Source: Synechococcus sp.
Lineage (GTDB): Bacteria > Cyanobacteriota > Cyanobacteriia > PCC-6307 > Cyanobiaceae
Reading direction: 5' to 3'
Assembly (NCBI GenBank): GCA_047284725.1
Contig: JBJBEO010000001.1
Coordinates: forward strand, 1,688,203-1,752,202
Length of the DNA stretch: 64,000 bases
The translations under genes and the position numbers were made by a program. Below the pieces are notes generated by a model. The model was not told the origin of the DNA and made no database searches. It was given only the letters and a program-made list of their open reading frames with translations. Positions within the stretch are counted from its first letter, which is position 1. Every line of letters starts with the position of its first letter. Of the stretch, positions 22,065-31,649 are shown piece after piece.

Positions 22065-22327
22065 TCGGCCACCGCCTGGGCATGGATGGTGGTCATGGTG
22101 TCGTCAAGGCTGGCGATGTCATGGAGGCCATTCGCATCGAACCAGGGGGCTGTCGCCCAGTCGAATCCTTCACCAAAGGTGTTGTCGGGCGCCACCACAT
22201 ACCAGTGGCAATCAGCATCGGGCACATCCACTGCACATTGGGACCAGTCGCTCTGCCACTGGGGAACCTGCACCCACATCACAGCCGCAGCAAGCAGAGA
22301 CAGAAGCCCGCGAAACATGATTCCCAT
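22046..22327 (-). CDS. conserved exported picocyanobacterial protein
   Basis: Signal peptide, DWSQCAVDVPDADCHWYVVAPDNTFGEGF. Confidence 0.7.
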   Translation of the reverse strand: MGIMFRGLLSLLAAAVMWVQVPQWQSDWSQCAVDVPDADCHWYVVAPDNTFGEGFDWATAPWFDANGLHDIASLDDTMTTIHAQAVADQRSRP

Positions 22328-22386
22328 GCTGAGACGCAGACTGTAGTGTCCAACCACCGGACGCTGCGACTGATCAGGCTGGGGGA

Positions 22387-22530
22387 TCAGGCCTTGACCT
22401 TGCGGAACGCACGGATCTCGCGACTGAGCTCCTTGAGTCCAGACAGGAGACCAATCAAGGTGAGTGTGGCCACTCCGGTGATCAGAACCGTATCCCTCAG
22501 GGCTGATGGATCACTGATCAAAGACGACAT
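22387..22530 (-). CDS. small single-TM protein (47 aa)
   Basis: MSSLISDPSALRDTVLITGVATLTLIGLLSGL.. Confidence 0.5.
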   Translation of the reverse strand: MSSLISDPSALRDTVLITGVATLTLIGLLSGLKELSREIRAFRKVKA

Positions 22531-22620
22531 GGCAGACGTGAAGACCGACATCACAGCACCGGAGGAGCTGCTGTCTTGATAGCAACGGTGGTTCAATACG
22601 AACCAGGAGACCGGCACGAC

Positions 22621-23784
22621 ATGCAGATTGCGCGAGCCCTGAAGCTGTTCACCGGCTTGAGCCTCGCCACCCTTCTGCCGTTCTCCGCTTTGGCAGCGCC
22701 CCAGCAGACAGCACCGGCGACGCTCGCCGCGGCCGAACGCAGCGCCAGCCAGCGCGGCCGTGCAAAACCAGAGGCCCCGCAGAAACAACGGACCACCAAC
22801 GCGGACCTCAAGGAACTGCTGAATCGGGTGCGCGACACCGACAGCTCAGATCCGATCACGTACACGGAGTTCATCGGCGCCCATCACCAATTGCTGGGGT
22901 TGTACTGGCGCGACATCGCCAGTGACCGGGTCGGCACGCTCCCGCTGGTCACCTTGATGGGCCGCGGAGGTCGGTTTTCGGGCTGCGGTCGCGCCAGACA
23001 CGTGAACGCTTACTGCCCTGAATCCAGCGAAATCATTCTCAGCACCAGGGGGATGCAGTGGACTCAGCGCTTTTCCAAAGCCAAACGCAACCTGGTGGGA
23101 CTCACCGTGCTGGCCCATGAATGGGGGCATCACGTGAACCATCACAGCACTCGAGGCCGCTACAGCAGACGCGAGGAAGATGCCGCCGACTGGCGGGCGG
23201 GACGGTATCTGGCCTGGCTGATGGCCAATGACGCCCTCTCGGTGAAGGATTTCACCGATGCCGCCAACCTGTTCTTCAGCATCGGCGACTTCCACATGGG
23301 GTCGCCTCACAACAATCCAAAAGCCCGTTATGAGGCCTTCATCGCCGGGGTCGGTGACGAACAACCGACAGGCCTGCAACGCGATGGCTGGACGATGGAC
23401 ACCTCGGAAACGTTTTCAAAAGTGACCAATCATCGGGGCAGTCGAGGCGATGGCAAGCCTGGGCCCAAAAAGGTGACGGCCGAGGTGTATCGCTTCGAGA
23501 TCGAGAGGGGCGGACAGATCGCCGGCAACATCTTCAGCGCGTTCCTGGGCCTTGTGAACTGCGGCACAGGGTCGGGCTCGTCCTGCACCAATGCTCTCGG
23601 TCAGCAGGGCCAAGCCAAACCCGATGGCTGGTACAGGCTTCGCACGATGCGCATCAACTGCGAACAGGGCACTTTCGACATCGACAACGATGGCATCAGG
23701 CGTCAGCCCCTGAAGGGCGACCGCAAAGGGCAGGCGGCTCTGATCGCAGAACGAGCCTGCACACCTGAGGGTGCCCAGGGCTGA
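22621..23784 (+). CDS. secreted neutral zinc metallopeptidase (YpfJ-like)
   Basis: Signal peptide, NAYCP, VLAHEWGHHV (HExxH), EDAAD third-ligand motif. Confidence 0.75.
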   Translation: MQIARALKLFTGLSLATLLPFSALAAPQQTAPATLAAAERSASQRGRAKPEAPQKQRTTNADLKELLNRVRDTDSSDPITYTEFIGAHHQLLGLYWRDIASDRVGTLPLVTLMGRGGRFSGCGRARHVNAYCPESSEIILSTRGMQWTQRFSKAKRNLVGLTVLAHEWGHHVNHHSTRGRYSRREEDAADWRAGRYLAWLMANDALSVKDFTDAANLFFSIGDFHMGSPHNNPKARYEAFIAGVGDEQPTGLQRDGWTMDTSETFSKVTNHRGSRGDGKPGPKKVTAEVYRFEIERGGQIAGNIFSAFLGLVNCGTGSGSSCTNALGQQGQAKPDGWYRLRTMRINCEQGTFDIDNDGIRRQPLKGDRKGQAALIAERACTPEGAQG

Positions 23785-24045
23785 CCAGCAGTAGGCACCG
23801 GCGGGAGAAGACGTCATGATCCGCGCAGATGACGGCGAGGCCATGGCCATGAACGGCAAACTCCTGGTGATCGGAATGCTGGTATCGCTGCTGGGGATCG
23901 CGATCTATGAATCGTTGCTGGTGCGAGGGCTGAGCCCGATGCCGTGACAGGCGGGGGTTCAACCAGCCGCAACCCAGGGCTAACCGGTTGATAACGACAC
24001 ATCGTGCAATCCCCGGCTTGACTTGTCGCGCAATCCTGAACCTGC

Positions 24046-24417
24046 GTGACCGAGCTCATTCCTCAGCCTGAGATGGAGCACAGCTCTGCTCAAGCGAGCG
24101 CCACGGCCTCATCTGGACGACCTCAGCCAACCGCCAAGGAACAGCATTTCCACACCCTGTTTCAAGCCAAACTGAGGGCCTACTGCCTCAACACCAAGCA
24201 GCGGGAAGCCATCCGCCGCAGCGAAGATCTTGCTGACAAAGTGCGGTACATCTGCAACGACCTTGAACTGATCCTGGCCGAACTTGAGAGTCCTGCTTTT
24301 GCGGAGTTCGATGCATGTCAGCAATCGTCACTCCATCACAGTCGAACGGCAGTGAAAAATGCCATGCATCACCTTGATCTCACCCGTCATTGGAGACCAA
24401 CTGCTCAGGCACAATGA
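24046..24417 (+). CDS. hypothetical protein
   Basis: 123-aa ORF; start uncertain. Confidence 0.45.
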   Translation: MTELIPQPEMEHSSAQASATASSGRPQPTAKEQHFHTLFQAKLRAYCLNTKQREAIRRSEDLADKVRYICNDLELILAELESPAFAEFDACQQSSLHHSRTAVKNAMHHLDLTRHWRPTAQAQ

Positions 24418-24686
24418 CGCAACAGACACCAATTCAATTCGGCATTCGCTGACATCAACCACCGTTTCCAGGCATCAACGGCAGGGTGTTGTTCAACTTC
24501 GCTCTCGCTCGTGTGATGGAATCCTCCTTCAGCGATGAAGCACAGATTCTCCGATACCAGCTGCATCGCAATGATGCTCTCGATACCCTCTGTTTCTGCG
24601 AGTCGTGCAAAGTGATCCGCAAAAAGATCAACCTGCTCCAACTGCGCGACGTCCGCAACTTTCTGGGCGAAGCCTCCTGACAAGCG

Positions 24687-24812
24687 ATGGATCCTGAAGT
24701 CCGTCAGTTTGTTGCGCTGCAGCTGTTGGTGATCGTGGTCCCCGTGGGCAGCCTGTTCGCGATCTGGATTGCCATGCTTGGTCGACGGCGTCATCATCGC
24801 GGGCACGACTAA
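24687..24812 (+). CDS. small single-TM protein (41 aa)
   Basis: MDPEVRQFVALQLLVIVVPVGSLFAIWIAMLGRRR; TM followed by a basic stop-transfer. Confidence 0.55.
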   Translation: MDPEVRQFVALQLLVIVVPVGSLFAIWIAMLGRRRHHRGHD

Positions 24813-25075
24813 AAGCGTGTTTGACACCGCGCCGGGTAGAACTGAAGTTCACCATCAAACTGACTTTCAGTTGGAGAGTAGACGTAGGGAGCACGGTTCC
24901 CGGTGCCCAGCTCACCGACTGAACAGTTGAAATCCTGCTGATCAATTTCAAGCTGAAATGTTTCCACTCTCACCCCTTCGGGTTCATCCCTTGCGGGCTT
25001 CTCAAGCTCAATGGGTGGCATGGGCGAAGCAGAGACACCGGCAGATGTGAGGGCAAGCGCAAGGGAGAACAACAT
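24809..25075 (-). CDS. exported hypothetical protein
   Basis: Signal peptide, two Cys. Confidence 0.55.
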   Translation of the reverse strand: MLFSLALALTSAGVSASPMPPIELEKPARDEPEGVRVETFQLEIDQQDFNCSVGELGTGNRAPYVYSPTESQFDGELQFYPARCQTRF

Positions 25076-25132
25076 CAGGAATGCCTGCTGGTCAGGCCGT
25101 GACGACTTGGAGGATTTGCAGGACTGACAGTC

Positions 25133-25324
25133 TCAGGTGTCACCGCTGGATGTCTCCATCGGCAGGATCGAATACTCAATCCGCTCATCGGAGCAACAGG
25201 TGCCTGCATAAAAGCGTTCCAGCTCGTCGTAGGCCTCGCCATAGCTTGAGAAGTGCAGACGGGTGATGCCATCCTCACGGCCATCGTCACGCACGATCCG
25301 GTAGGTCCTGGGTTCAGAGGTCAC
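25133..25324 (-). CDS. small conserved protein with CCSD motif
   Basis: FSSYGEAYDELERFYAGTCCSDERIEY; GTG start overlaps the upstream stop. Confidence 0.65.
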   Translation of the reverse strand: MTSEPRTYRIVRDDGREDGITRLHFSSYGEAYDELERFYAGTCCSDERIEYSILPMETSSGDT

Positions 25325-25530
25325 TCCGACCGGGAAGGTGTTGTTGGACTTTGACGGCGACAGCGCCGATCGGGGGGACGTCGCCAAAAGCTCAAATAGG
25401 CCTTGGCCGTTGACAGATCAGCGCAATACACGCAATTCCGTCCTGTGCATGGGCGATAAATCGGCCCGTCATGCCCTTCAAACCGATGCATCACCAGGCC
25501 GTCCCGTTGCAACGGCTGCGAGTCATCCAC
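25321..25530 (-). CDS. small Cys-motif protein (YRxCxGxxCVYC family, copy 1)
   Basis: YRPCTGRNCVYCADLSTAKAYLSFW; paralogue at 31278. Confidence 0.65.
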   Translation of the reverse strand: MDDSQPLQRDGLVMHRFEGHDGPIYRPCTGRNCVYCADLSTAKAYLSFWRRPPDRRCRRQSPTTPSRSE

Positions 25531-25690
25531 CGCCTTCCTCCCCTTGCTTGAGGTGCACGAGCACGCATTGGTCCACACACACGCCATCGTTGATGTCACA
25601 CGTGGTGATGCATTCGAAATAGGACTCGACGGGGTCAGCCAACTCATGCTGTTCAGACACAGCCAACGGCCCCATCGCTTGCATCGTCAT
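25523..25690 (-). CDS. small 4-Cys protein (55 aa)
   Basis: Hand-translated DPVESYFECITTCDINDGVCVDQC. Confidence 0.7.
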   Translation of the reverse strand: MTMQAMGPLAVSEQHELADPVESYFECITTCDINDGVCVDQCVLVHLKQGEEGGG

Positions 25691-25790
25691 TCACCGTCCT
25701 CCACTGATTAAATCCCTGGGAAAAATCTATCCCTGCCGTGATCGCATTCTTGCTGAGATTGAGAAGAACAAAGTACCCAGAGACAATTAC

Positions 25791-25973
25791 CTAGGCCTGA
25801 TGATTCGCCTCTTCCTGCTGGCGAATCAACCAATCAATCGCCTCCTCGAGACGCAACGGTTCAAGCCGCCAGGTGCGATGACGCCTGCCACCACAGTCAA
25901 CGCGGCGGTAGGCGCGACCATCAATCACCACCAGGCGGGGATGCTCCTGACAGGAGTGACTGGCCTCAGTCAC
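25791..25973 (-). CDS. small hypothetical protein
   Basis: RLVVIDGRAYRRV..LEEAIDWL; start overlaps the upstream stop. Confidence 0.45.
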   Translation of the reverse strand: MTEASHSCQEHPRLVVIDGRAYRRVDCGGRRHRTWRLEPLRLEEAIDWLIRQQEEANHQA

Positions 25974-26265
25974 GTCGGAGCCAGGACGAAGCGCCTCCAA
26001 ACCAATCGCCAAGATCATCATCAGGGCGGAAGTGATCGCCGGGATCCGTTGAGCCCAGATCGAGATCGTCGAGCAGTGCATCCACACCGCAGGGCGCTTC
26101 GGTGCGTTGACGCTGTCGCTGGGCACGATGGACCCAGCTCATCACCGTGCGATCACGGTCGGCATATTTCTGCAATAACACGCGCTCTTTCAAGCTGACC
26201 GGATCGCCACACGCCATCCGCTCAAGAATGGCCTGCAACATCAATCGAGTGTTGGTTGTGAGCAT
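25966..26265 (-). CDS. conserved hypothetical protein
   Basis: MLTTNTRL.LQAILER....VSLKER..LQKYADRD; GGAGG RBS upstream. Confidence 0.75.
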   Translation of the reverse strand: MLTTNTRLMLQAILERMACGDPVSLKERVLLQKYADRDRTVMSWVHRAQRQRQRTEAPCGVDALLDDLDLGSTDPGDHFRPDDDLGDWFGGASSWLRRD

Positions 26266-26385
26266 GAAATCCCTCCTTTGGCCTCTGATAGGGCGCGCAG
26301 GATGGCATCACTGTGGCCGCCACGACAGAACACCGTCCCTGTGGCCGAATCAAAACACTTCTTCGCTCCTCCGGTAGGAAGGAAA

Positions 26386-26904
26386 TCAAAAGAAGCGGTG
26401 GCGGTGCGTCACCTTGACTGCCTGCAATCGTGGGTCCATTCGCTGCACCAGGTCGCCCGATCGCCCCTGGCCTTCGAGCACGATCCGCTGATTGGTTCCC
26501 TTGACCCGAACAGCCAGTTCGGAATAGGTCCAATCCCCACCCGATCGCGACGCCACAACAACAATGTCAGCCTGGCCCTTCGGTCCGGAAATGGGGATCA
26601 ACAGCCGAGCATTGCCTCTGGACCCTCGGATCTGCACGCTGCCCGACACCAACCAGCCAGGCGCAATCGGCTGTCCGATCGCCCGCTGCACACGCTCATT
26701 GCTCCGCACCTGAGCCAGGGCATGGGCATAGGGCGTACTCGACTTCAGCAGGCCGAAAACGCCCAACACCGCCATCACCACGAAACCGGCACAACCCAGC
26801 AGCACCGTGGCCAGCACGGCAGGCACAAACCAGCACCAGTGGCGTGTGAACCAATGGCCAGGCTTGGCTTGGGGCATGGGATCGGGCCTTGACACATCAG
26901 GCAC
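26386..26904 (-). CDS. Coa1-like (cytochrome c oxidase assembly factor family) membrane protein
   Basis: TM helix, SSTPYAHAL...VQRAIGQPI...IPISGPKGQA. Confidence 0.7.
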   Translation of the reverse strand: MPDVSRPDPMPQAKPGHWFTRHWCWFVPAVLATVLLGCAGFVVMAVLGVFGLLKSSTPYAHALAQVRSNERVQRAIGQPIAPGWLVSGSVQIRGSRGNARLLIPISGPKGQADIVVVASRSGGDWTYSELAVRVKGTNQRIVLEGQGRSGDLVQRMDPRLQAVKVTHRHRFF

Positions 26905-26955
26905 ACATCAACAGCGTGCGATGCCTTCAGAATGCAGGAGATCCGCAGAGCTTGC

Positions 26956-27486
26956 ATGCGCCGGCTGTTCGTATTGCTGCTGATGGGCTTGGCCTTGATC
27001 TGGCCCGTCTCTGTGCAGGCCACCTCTCTGGAGGTGACGATCCACAGCATCAGCGCTGACGGCGTCGGCGATCCGATCGGCAGCGTCAGCATCCGCGACA
27101 GCGATCAGGGCCTGGAGGTGATTCCCACCCTGACCGGTCTCAGCCCTGGCGAGCATGGTTTTCATCTGCATGAGAACAACAGCTGCGACCCAGACCTCAA
27201 TGGCGAAGGTGTTGCTGTTGCCGGGCTGGCGGCTGGTGGTCACTGGGATCCGGACGACAGCGGCACCCATCTCGGACCGTTCGGCAACGGGCACCGCGGC
27301 GATCTCAGCCGCCTGATCGTGGACGATGACGGCAGCACTCCCACCAGCGTGGTGGCGCCCCGACTGAGCACCGCCGATCTTCCTGGCAAGGCCCTGGTGG
27401 TCCACGCCGGTGGTGACACCTACAGCGACACCCCGCCTCTGGGTGGTGGGGGAGCCCGCATCGCCTGCGGGGTGGTGGGACGTTGA
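26956..27486 (+). CDS. sodC: periplasmic Cu/Zn superoxide dismutase
   Basis: Signal peptide, HGFHLHE, GGHWDP, GHRGDL, VVHAGGD, GGGARIACG. Confidence 0.95.
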   Translation: MRRLFVLLLMGLALIWPVSVQATSLEVTIHSISADGVGDPIGSVSIRDSDQGLEVIPTLTGLSPGEHGFHLHENNSCDPDLNGEGVAVAGLAAGGHWDPDDSGTHLGPFGNGHRGDLSRLIVDDDGSTPTSVVAPRLSTADLPGKALVVHAGGDTYSDTPPLGGGGARIACGVVGR

Positions 27487-27590
27487 TCCATCGGCTCCTC
27501 GGTGTTCAGGATCGCAGAGTCGCGGATGGCCTTGCAGCCCAGGCTCAGCCTGCCTAGACCGAGGCCTCAGCGTTGGGAGCAGACATCGGC

Positions 27591-27941
27591 ATGCGGACGT
27601 ACAACGTGCGGTTTGAAGCCGATGGCGCTGATCTGTTCGTGGAACTTCATTCCAACGACGATCTCAATCGCCTGCATCTGCTGGAACAGGTGATGGCGAT
27701 CCTAGAAGACCGGCACGGCCTTGAAATCCAGACCAGCGAACAGGGTGATGTCACCCGGGTGGAGCACAGCGATGGATCGGAATTGCTGGCCTGGCTCTCG
27801 ATTGCCGAAGACAACGCCCGTCAGGCTCTGGATGACGATGGCCTCGATGAAATCCTCACCTGCCTGGCCTTTCTCGTGTTCCCGCCGGTGGTGGACACCA
27901 CCAGCACATCCCCTGAGGGGGTCACGACCACGTTGGCCTAG
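27591..27941 (+). CDS. acidic hypothetical protein
   Basis: 116-aa ORF. Confidence 0.55.
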   Translation: MRTYNVRFEADGADLFVELHSNDDLNRLHLLEQVMAILEDRHGLEIQTSEQGDVTRVEHSDGSELLAWLSIAEDNARQALDDDGLDEILTCLAFLVFPPVVDTTSTSPEGVTTTLA

Positions 27942-28561
27942 GCCACCGGCCCAGACGCGTTGGGAGATCCATCAAAACCCTGCCAGGCGAAGGCCCAGCT
28001 CCACCGAGGCAAGTCCCAGCAGGAAGGTCACGCCGAGCAGGGACGCTCCTTTAAGAGATCTCGCCATGCAGGCATCGGCTGTTGATGAACGTGATTGAAG
28101 CCGAATCGGACCGCGCAAACAGACACAACCGCCACCATTGCGCCATGGCTTCTGACCATCCCCGCGGTCGGAACGGTTGCCCGAGGGCGCGTTCGGGAGC
28201 CGCCGATCGATCCCGACTCCACTTCAAAGTTCAACAAAGGGAAGCCGCATCCGTTCAGACCTGACAGGTTGAGGCCATGAACGGACAACACACTCCCCTG
28301 CGCCCCCAGGCCCCCAACAACCGCACCAACAAACCATCAGCCCATCGAACTGAACAGCCCCGCGAGATTGCGTCCGGACTGATCAGCTGGAATGAACTGA
28401 TCGGCGAACGCTGAGCGCGCTTCCTGCACCCACGCCACCCATCCGGCCTGGCGAATGAGCAACTCAACGGGTATGCAGATCGGACACCACGTTCGACAGT
28501 GGAAGCATTCCCCTCCAAGACGGTCTTCGATCGCCTGTCGCGAGATCAACCTGTCGATGTC

Positions 28562-28861
28562 ATGAACAACCTTGCCGGTGCGTTTCTGAAAACCACGCCG
28601 CTGCTGATGTCGGTGAGTGCGGCGGAAGAATGCAGAAGCCGTAATGACAGGCAGAGCTATTTCGCGATCACACGCGATCTGGTGCAGGCCCAGTTCGTCC
28701 TGGCTGATGCGGAACTGAGCCGCCGTCTCTGGCAGGAGGTGGCCGATCGTGATCTGGAAGTCGGCCGCATCCTGCATCTGCTCTATGGCTGCGTCTGCCA
28801 TGACGACGACGACGAAATGACCCTTGTCGACGACACCTTTCTGTCGATGGGTCTCGATTGA
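28562..28861 (+). CDS. conserved hypothetical protein (RNDRQ..AQF..LW domain)
   Basis: Paralogous to the C-terminal half of 35107-35541. Confidence 0.75.
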   Translation: MNNLAGAFLKTTPLLMSVSAAEECRSRNDRQSYFAITRDLVQAQFVLADAELSRRLWQEVADRDLEVGRILHLLYGCVCHDDDDEMTLVDDTFLSMGLD

Positions 28862-28863
28862 CC

Positions 28864-29316
28864 ATGCGCTCGCTGGTGATCGCTTGGCTGATCCACGGCG
28901 CTCTGCTGCTCAGCCACCCCGCTCCGGCCTGGGCCCAACCGTCCATCACGCTGATGCGCTCGCCCAGCTGCGACTGCTGCAGCCGATGGGGGGAGCAGAC
29001 CGCCGCCGCTGGTTTCGCGGTCAAGGACGTTGTCACCGAGGCGATCGATCAGGTCAAACTCCAGAACGGCATCCCCGAAGCGCTGTCGTCGTGCCACACC
29101 GCCTTGGTGGAGGGCTATGTGATCGAGGGCCATGTACCCGCTCCATCCATCCAGCGGTTGCTGAAGGAACGGCCCGACATCCAAGGGCTGACGGCCCCAG
29201 GCATGCCGATGGGGTCACCTGGGATGGATGGTCCGGGGATCATCCCTGAACCCTTCGACGTGCTGGCCATCACCAGCGATGGCAGCACCCATGTGTTCGA
29301 CCGTTACAGCTCCTGA
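28864..29316 (+). CDS. DUF411 metal-binding protein
   Basis: SPSCDCC, SCHTA..GYVIEGHVP, PGMPMGSPGM. Confidence 0.92.
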   Translation: MRSLVIAWLIHGALLLSHPAPAWAQPSITLMRSPSCDCCSRWGEQTAAAGFAVKDVVTEAIDQVKLQNGIPEALSSCHTALVEGYVIEGHVPAPSIQRLLKERPDIQGLTAPGMPMGSPGMDGPGIIPEPFDVLAITSDGSTHVFDRYSS

Positions 29317-29480
29317 CGCCCGGGCGTCCGGTCATCACGAACACAGGCATCCCCCTCACAACGCACCTCACACTGCGGCTGCTGACCGTGGTATTGGCTG
29401 GGTTCCCGCATCGCCCAGTATTCGTCGACAACCCCGAGGATGTAGGTCCCCAGGCGACGCATCAGCGTTTTCAATCCCAT
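29304..29480 (-). CDS. small hypothetical protein (58 aa)
   Basis: LGTYILGVVDEYWAMREP..QCEVRCEGDAC. Confidence 0.5.
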   Translation of the reverse strand: MGLKTLMRRLGTYILGVVDEYWAMREPSQYHGQQPQCEVRCEGDACVRDDRTPGRQEL

Positions 29481-29528
29481 GGCTTCAGCCTGCCCAGCGC
29501 TCTCTCCAGTGTGGCGACCGATTGAGCG

Positions 29529-30650
29529 ATGACACTGCAACACCTGGCGGTGAGTGGCTACCGCTCTCTCCAGAGCGTGGTGCTGCCCCTGAGGCAACTG
29601 ACGCTGATCACCGGGGCGAACGGCAGTGGCAAGTCGAATCTGTTTCGTTCGCTCCATCTGATCGTGGCCGCCGCCCGGGGAGACCTGGTGGCAGCGCTGG
29701 CCCGGGAAGGGGGATTGCCCGCCGTGCTCTGGGCAGGTCCGGAACGGCTCAGCCGCGGCATGCGCAGCGGAGAACAACCCGTCCAGGGTGGTCCGCGCCA
29801 GCAACCGGTGCGCCTGCGGCTTGGCTTTCACGCCGAGCCTTTTTCCTATGCCCTCGAACTGGGCTATCCGCAGGAGCGCGACACCGCCTTCGCCCTCGAC
29901 CCGGCCTTCAAAGGCGAGTGGATCTGGGCAGGAGGTGCCTTTCACCCCCGTTCCGTGCTGACGACGTGGACAGGCGGCAGTAGTGACACCGCCGACTGCA
30001 GCGTGTTCCAGGGGGGACTCGACCCGATGGAACACCCCGAGGTGCTGGCCCTGCGGGAACAGATCCTGAGCTGGCGGTTTTACGACAGCTTCCGCACCGA
30101 TGCCGAGGCACCGGCGAGACAGGCCGTGGTGGGAACCCGCTGCTTTGCCCTGGCCGGCGATGGCCATGACCTTCCTGCAGCGGTGCAGACGATCCTGGAG
30201 CAAGGCGATGGCCAGGGCCTGCAACAGGCGGTGGCCGATGCCTTCCCTGACAGCCATCTGAGCGTGAGCAGCGAGGGGGGCCTGTTTCGCCTGCGCCTGC
30301 ATCAGCCCGGCCTGCTGCGACCGCTGGAAACGAGCGAACTGTCCGATGGCACCCTGCGCTATCTGCTGCTGGCGGTGGCGTTGTTCAGTCCACGCCTCCC
30401 TCCCCTGCTGGTGCTGAACGAACCGGAGGGAAGCCTGCATCCCGAACTGCTGGAGCCGCTGGGGCGGTTGATCCGCGCAGCCGCAAGCCGCACACAGGTG
30501 TGGGTGATCGCCCATGCCCCCGCCCTGATCAACGCCCTGCGGAGCGATCCGACCTGCCATCACGTGCAGCTGCAACGGGAGCTGGGCGCGACGGTCGTGC
30601 AGGGGCAGACCAGCCTGGAACGCAGTGCCTGGCGCTGGCCGGCCCGCTAA
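29529..30650 (+). CDS. ABC/SMC-like AAA ATPase (AAA_21/RecF-like)
   Basis: Walker A GANGSGKS, signature LSDGT, LLVLNEPE.SLHP, H-loop. Confidence 0.9.
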   Translation: MTLQHLAVSGYRSLQSVVLPLRQLTLITGANGSGKSNLFRSLHLIVAAARGDLVAALAREGGLPAVLWAGPERLSRGMRSGEQPVQGGPRQQPVRLRLGFHAEPFSYALELGYPQERDTAFALDPAFKGEWIWAGGAFHPRSVLTTWTGGSSDTADCSVFQGGLDPMEHPEVLALREQILSWRFYDSFRTDAEAPARQAVVGTRCFALAGDGHDLPAAVQTILEQGDGQGLQQAVADAFPDSHLSVSSEGGLFRLRLHQPGLLRPLETSELSDGTLRYLLLAVALFSPRLPPLLVLNEPEGSLHPELLEPLGRLIRAAASRTQVWVIAHAPALINALRSDPTCHHVQLQRELGATVVQGQTSLERSAWRWPAR

Positions 30651-30713
30651 GGCACACCGAGCCCACGCCTGCGATCGGCAATCGTTAACTTTTGATAAGC
30701 AACGCTGAACCCT

Positions 30714-31205
30714 GTGCTTCGCACTGTTCTCACCCGGCCCTTCCTGGTCAACGCCGGCCTTCTGATCCTGCGGGTCTTCACCGGCACTCTTCTGATTCAC
30801 CACGGCTACGAGAAGCTGGCCAACATCGAAAACTTCGCGGCGGCCTTTGTGCGTCCGCTTCACCTGCCTTTCCCGATCACCCTCTCCTACCTGGCGGCGT
30901 TCTCAGAAATCGTGGGCAGCTGGTTGCTGATCACGGGACTGTTCACCCGACTGGGCGCAGCCGCCATTGCCGGCACCATCGGCGTGGCGATTTATCACGC
31001 CATTGCCGTGAATGGCTTCAACATCTACCTGCTTGAACTGCTGGGGCTTTATTTCGGCGCTGCCGTGATGGTGCTGACGGCCGGCCCTGGCCTGTTTTCA
31101 ATCGATGAGCTGATCGTGCGCAAGGTCGCACCTGGTGCGCGGGAGCAGGCCGAAAAACTCGAAGCCATCCTCAACAACGCGGCAACACCGGAATACCAGA
31201 ACTGA
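30714..31205 (+). CDS. DoxX-family membrane protein
   Basis: LLILRV..G..LIHHGYEKL, GLFTRLGA, GPGLFSID. Confidence 0.92.
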   Translation: MLRTVLTRPFLVNAGLLILRVFTGTLLIHHGYEKLANIENFAAAFVRPLHLPFPITLSYLAAFSEIVGSWLLITGLFTRLGAAAIAGTIGVAIYHAIAVNGFNIYLLELLGLYFGAAVMVLTAGPGLFSIDELIVRKVAPGAREQAEKLEAILNNAATPEYQN

Positions 31206-31222
31206 CGTCAGTCTGATCAACC

Positions 31223-31253
31223 ATCAAGGGGGCCTGCCCACCCCCCCCTTGAT
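31223..31253. terminator. hairpin between convergent genes
   Basis: atcaaggggg...cccccttgat inverted repeat. Confidence 0.55.
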
Positions 31254-31277
31254 CACCTCCCCCAGCCAGCCCTTTCA

Positions 31278-31499
31278 TCAGCTGACAGCAACGTGGGCCG
31301 GAGATCGGTCGCTGGTCCCTGCACGATGCGACTTCCTTCCCCAATACGACAGATGGGCTCGAGCGGTCGCCATGTCATTGCAATACACGCACCGCTCACC
31401 GGCGCAGACCCGATACACGAGGCCATCATCGCCAAGAAAAACGTGGACAGTACCACCATCGTCAGTGGTGATCAGACGGGAAGAAAGTAAAGACATCAT
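31278..31499 (-). CDS. small Cys-motif protein (YRxCxGxxCVYC family, copy 2)
   Basis: YRVCAGERCVYCNDMATARAHLSYW. Confidence 0.65.
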   Translation of the reverse strand: MMSLLSSRLITTDDGGTVHVFLGDDGLVYRVCAGERCVYCNDMATARAHLSYWGRKSHRAGTSDRSPAHVAVS

Positions 31500-31649
31500 C
31501 ACCTCATCTGAGGACACAAAGAGACTACAAATGGATCCCAATTGCGACAAGGCAACGATTGCATCACATAAAGCACCTACGCACAAACGCTCAGCCCTGG
31601 AAGCCCACCAAAGCAGCATCCACTGACAACCAGACTGCGTGTTCAATCA

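Noticed and set aside
24413..24680. In-frame TGA between a short ORF and 24486-24680, as possible selenocysteine/readthrough
   Set aside because: No recognisable family or SECIS-like support; an internal start explains it
29529..30650. AAA ATPase as part of a Septu/PARIS/Gabija-like defence pair
   Set aside because: No adjacent nuclease partner; flanked by DUF411 and DoxX genes
29304..30863. 519-aa minus-strand ORF and other long antisense ORFs (e.g. 2860-3924, 37236-39041, 47146-48555)
   Set aside because: Shadow or alternative frames of well-supported genes in high-GC DNA; only their short terminal parts (29304-29480; mrpE) look real
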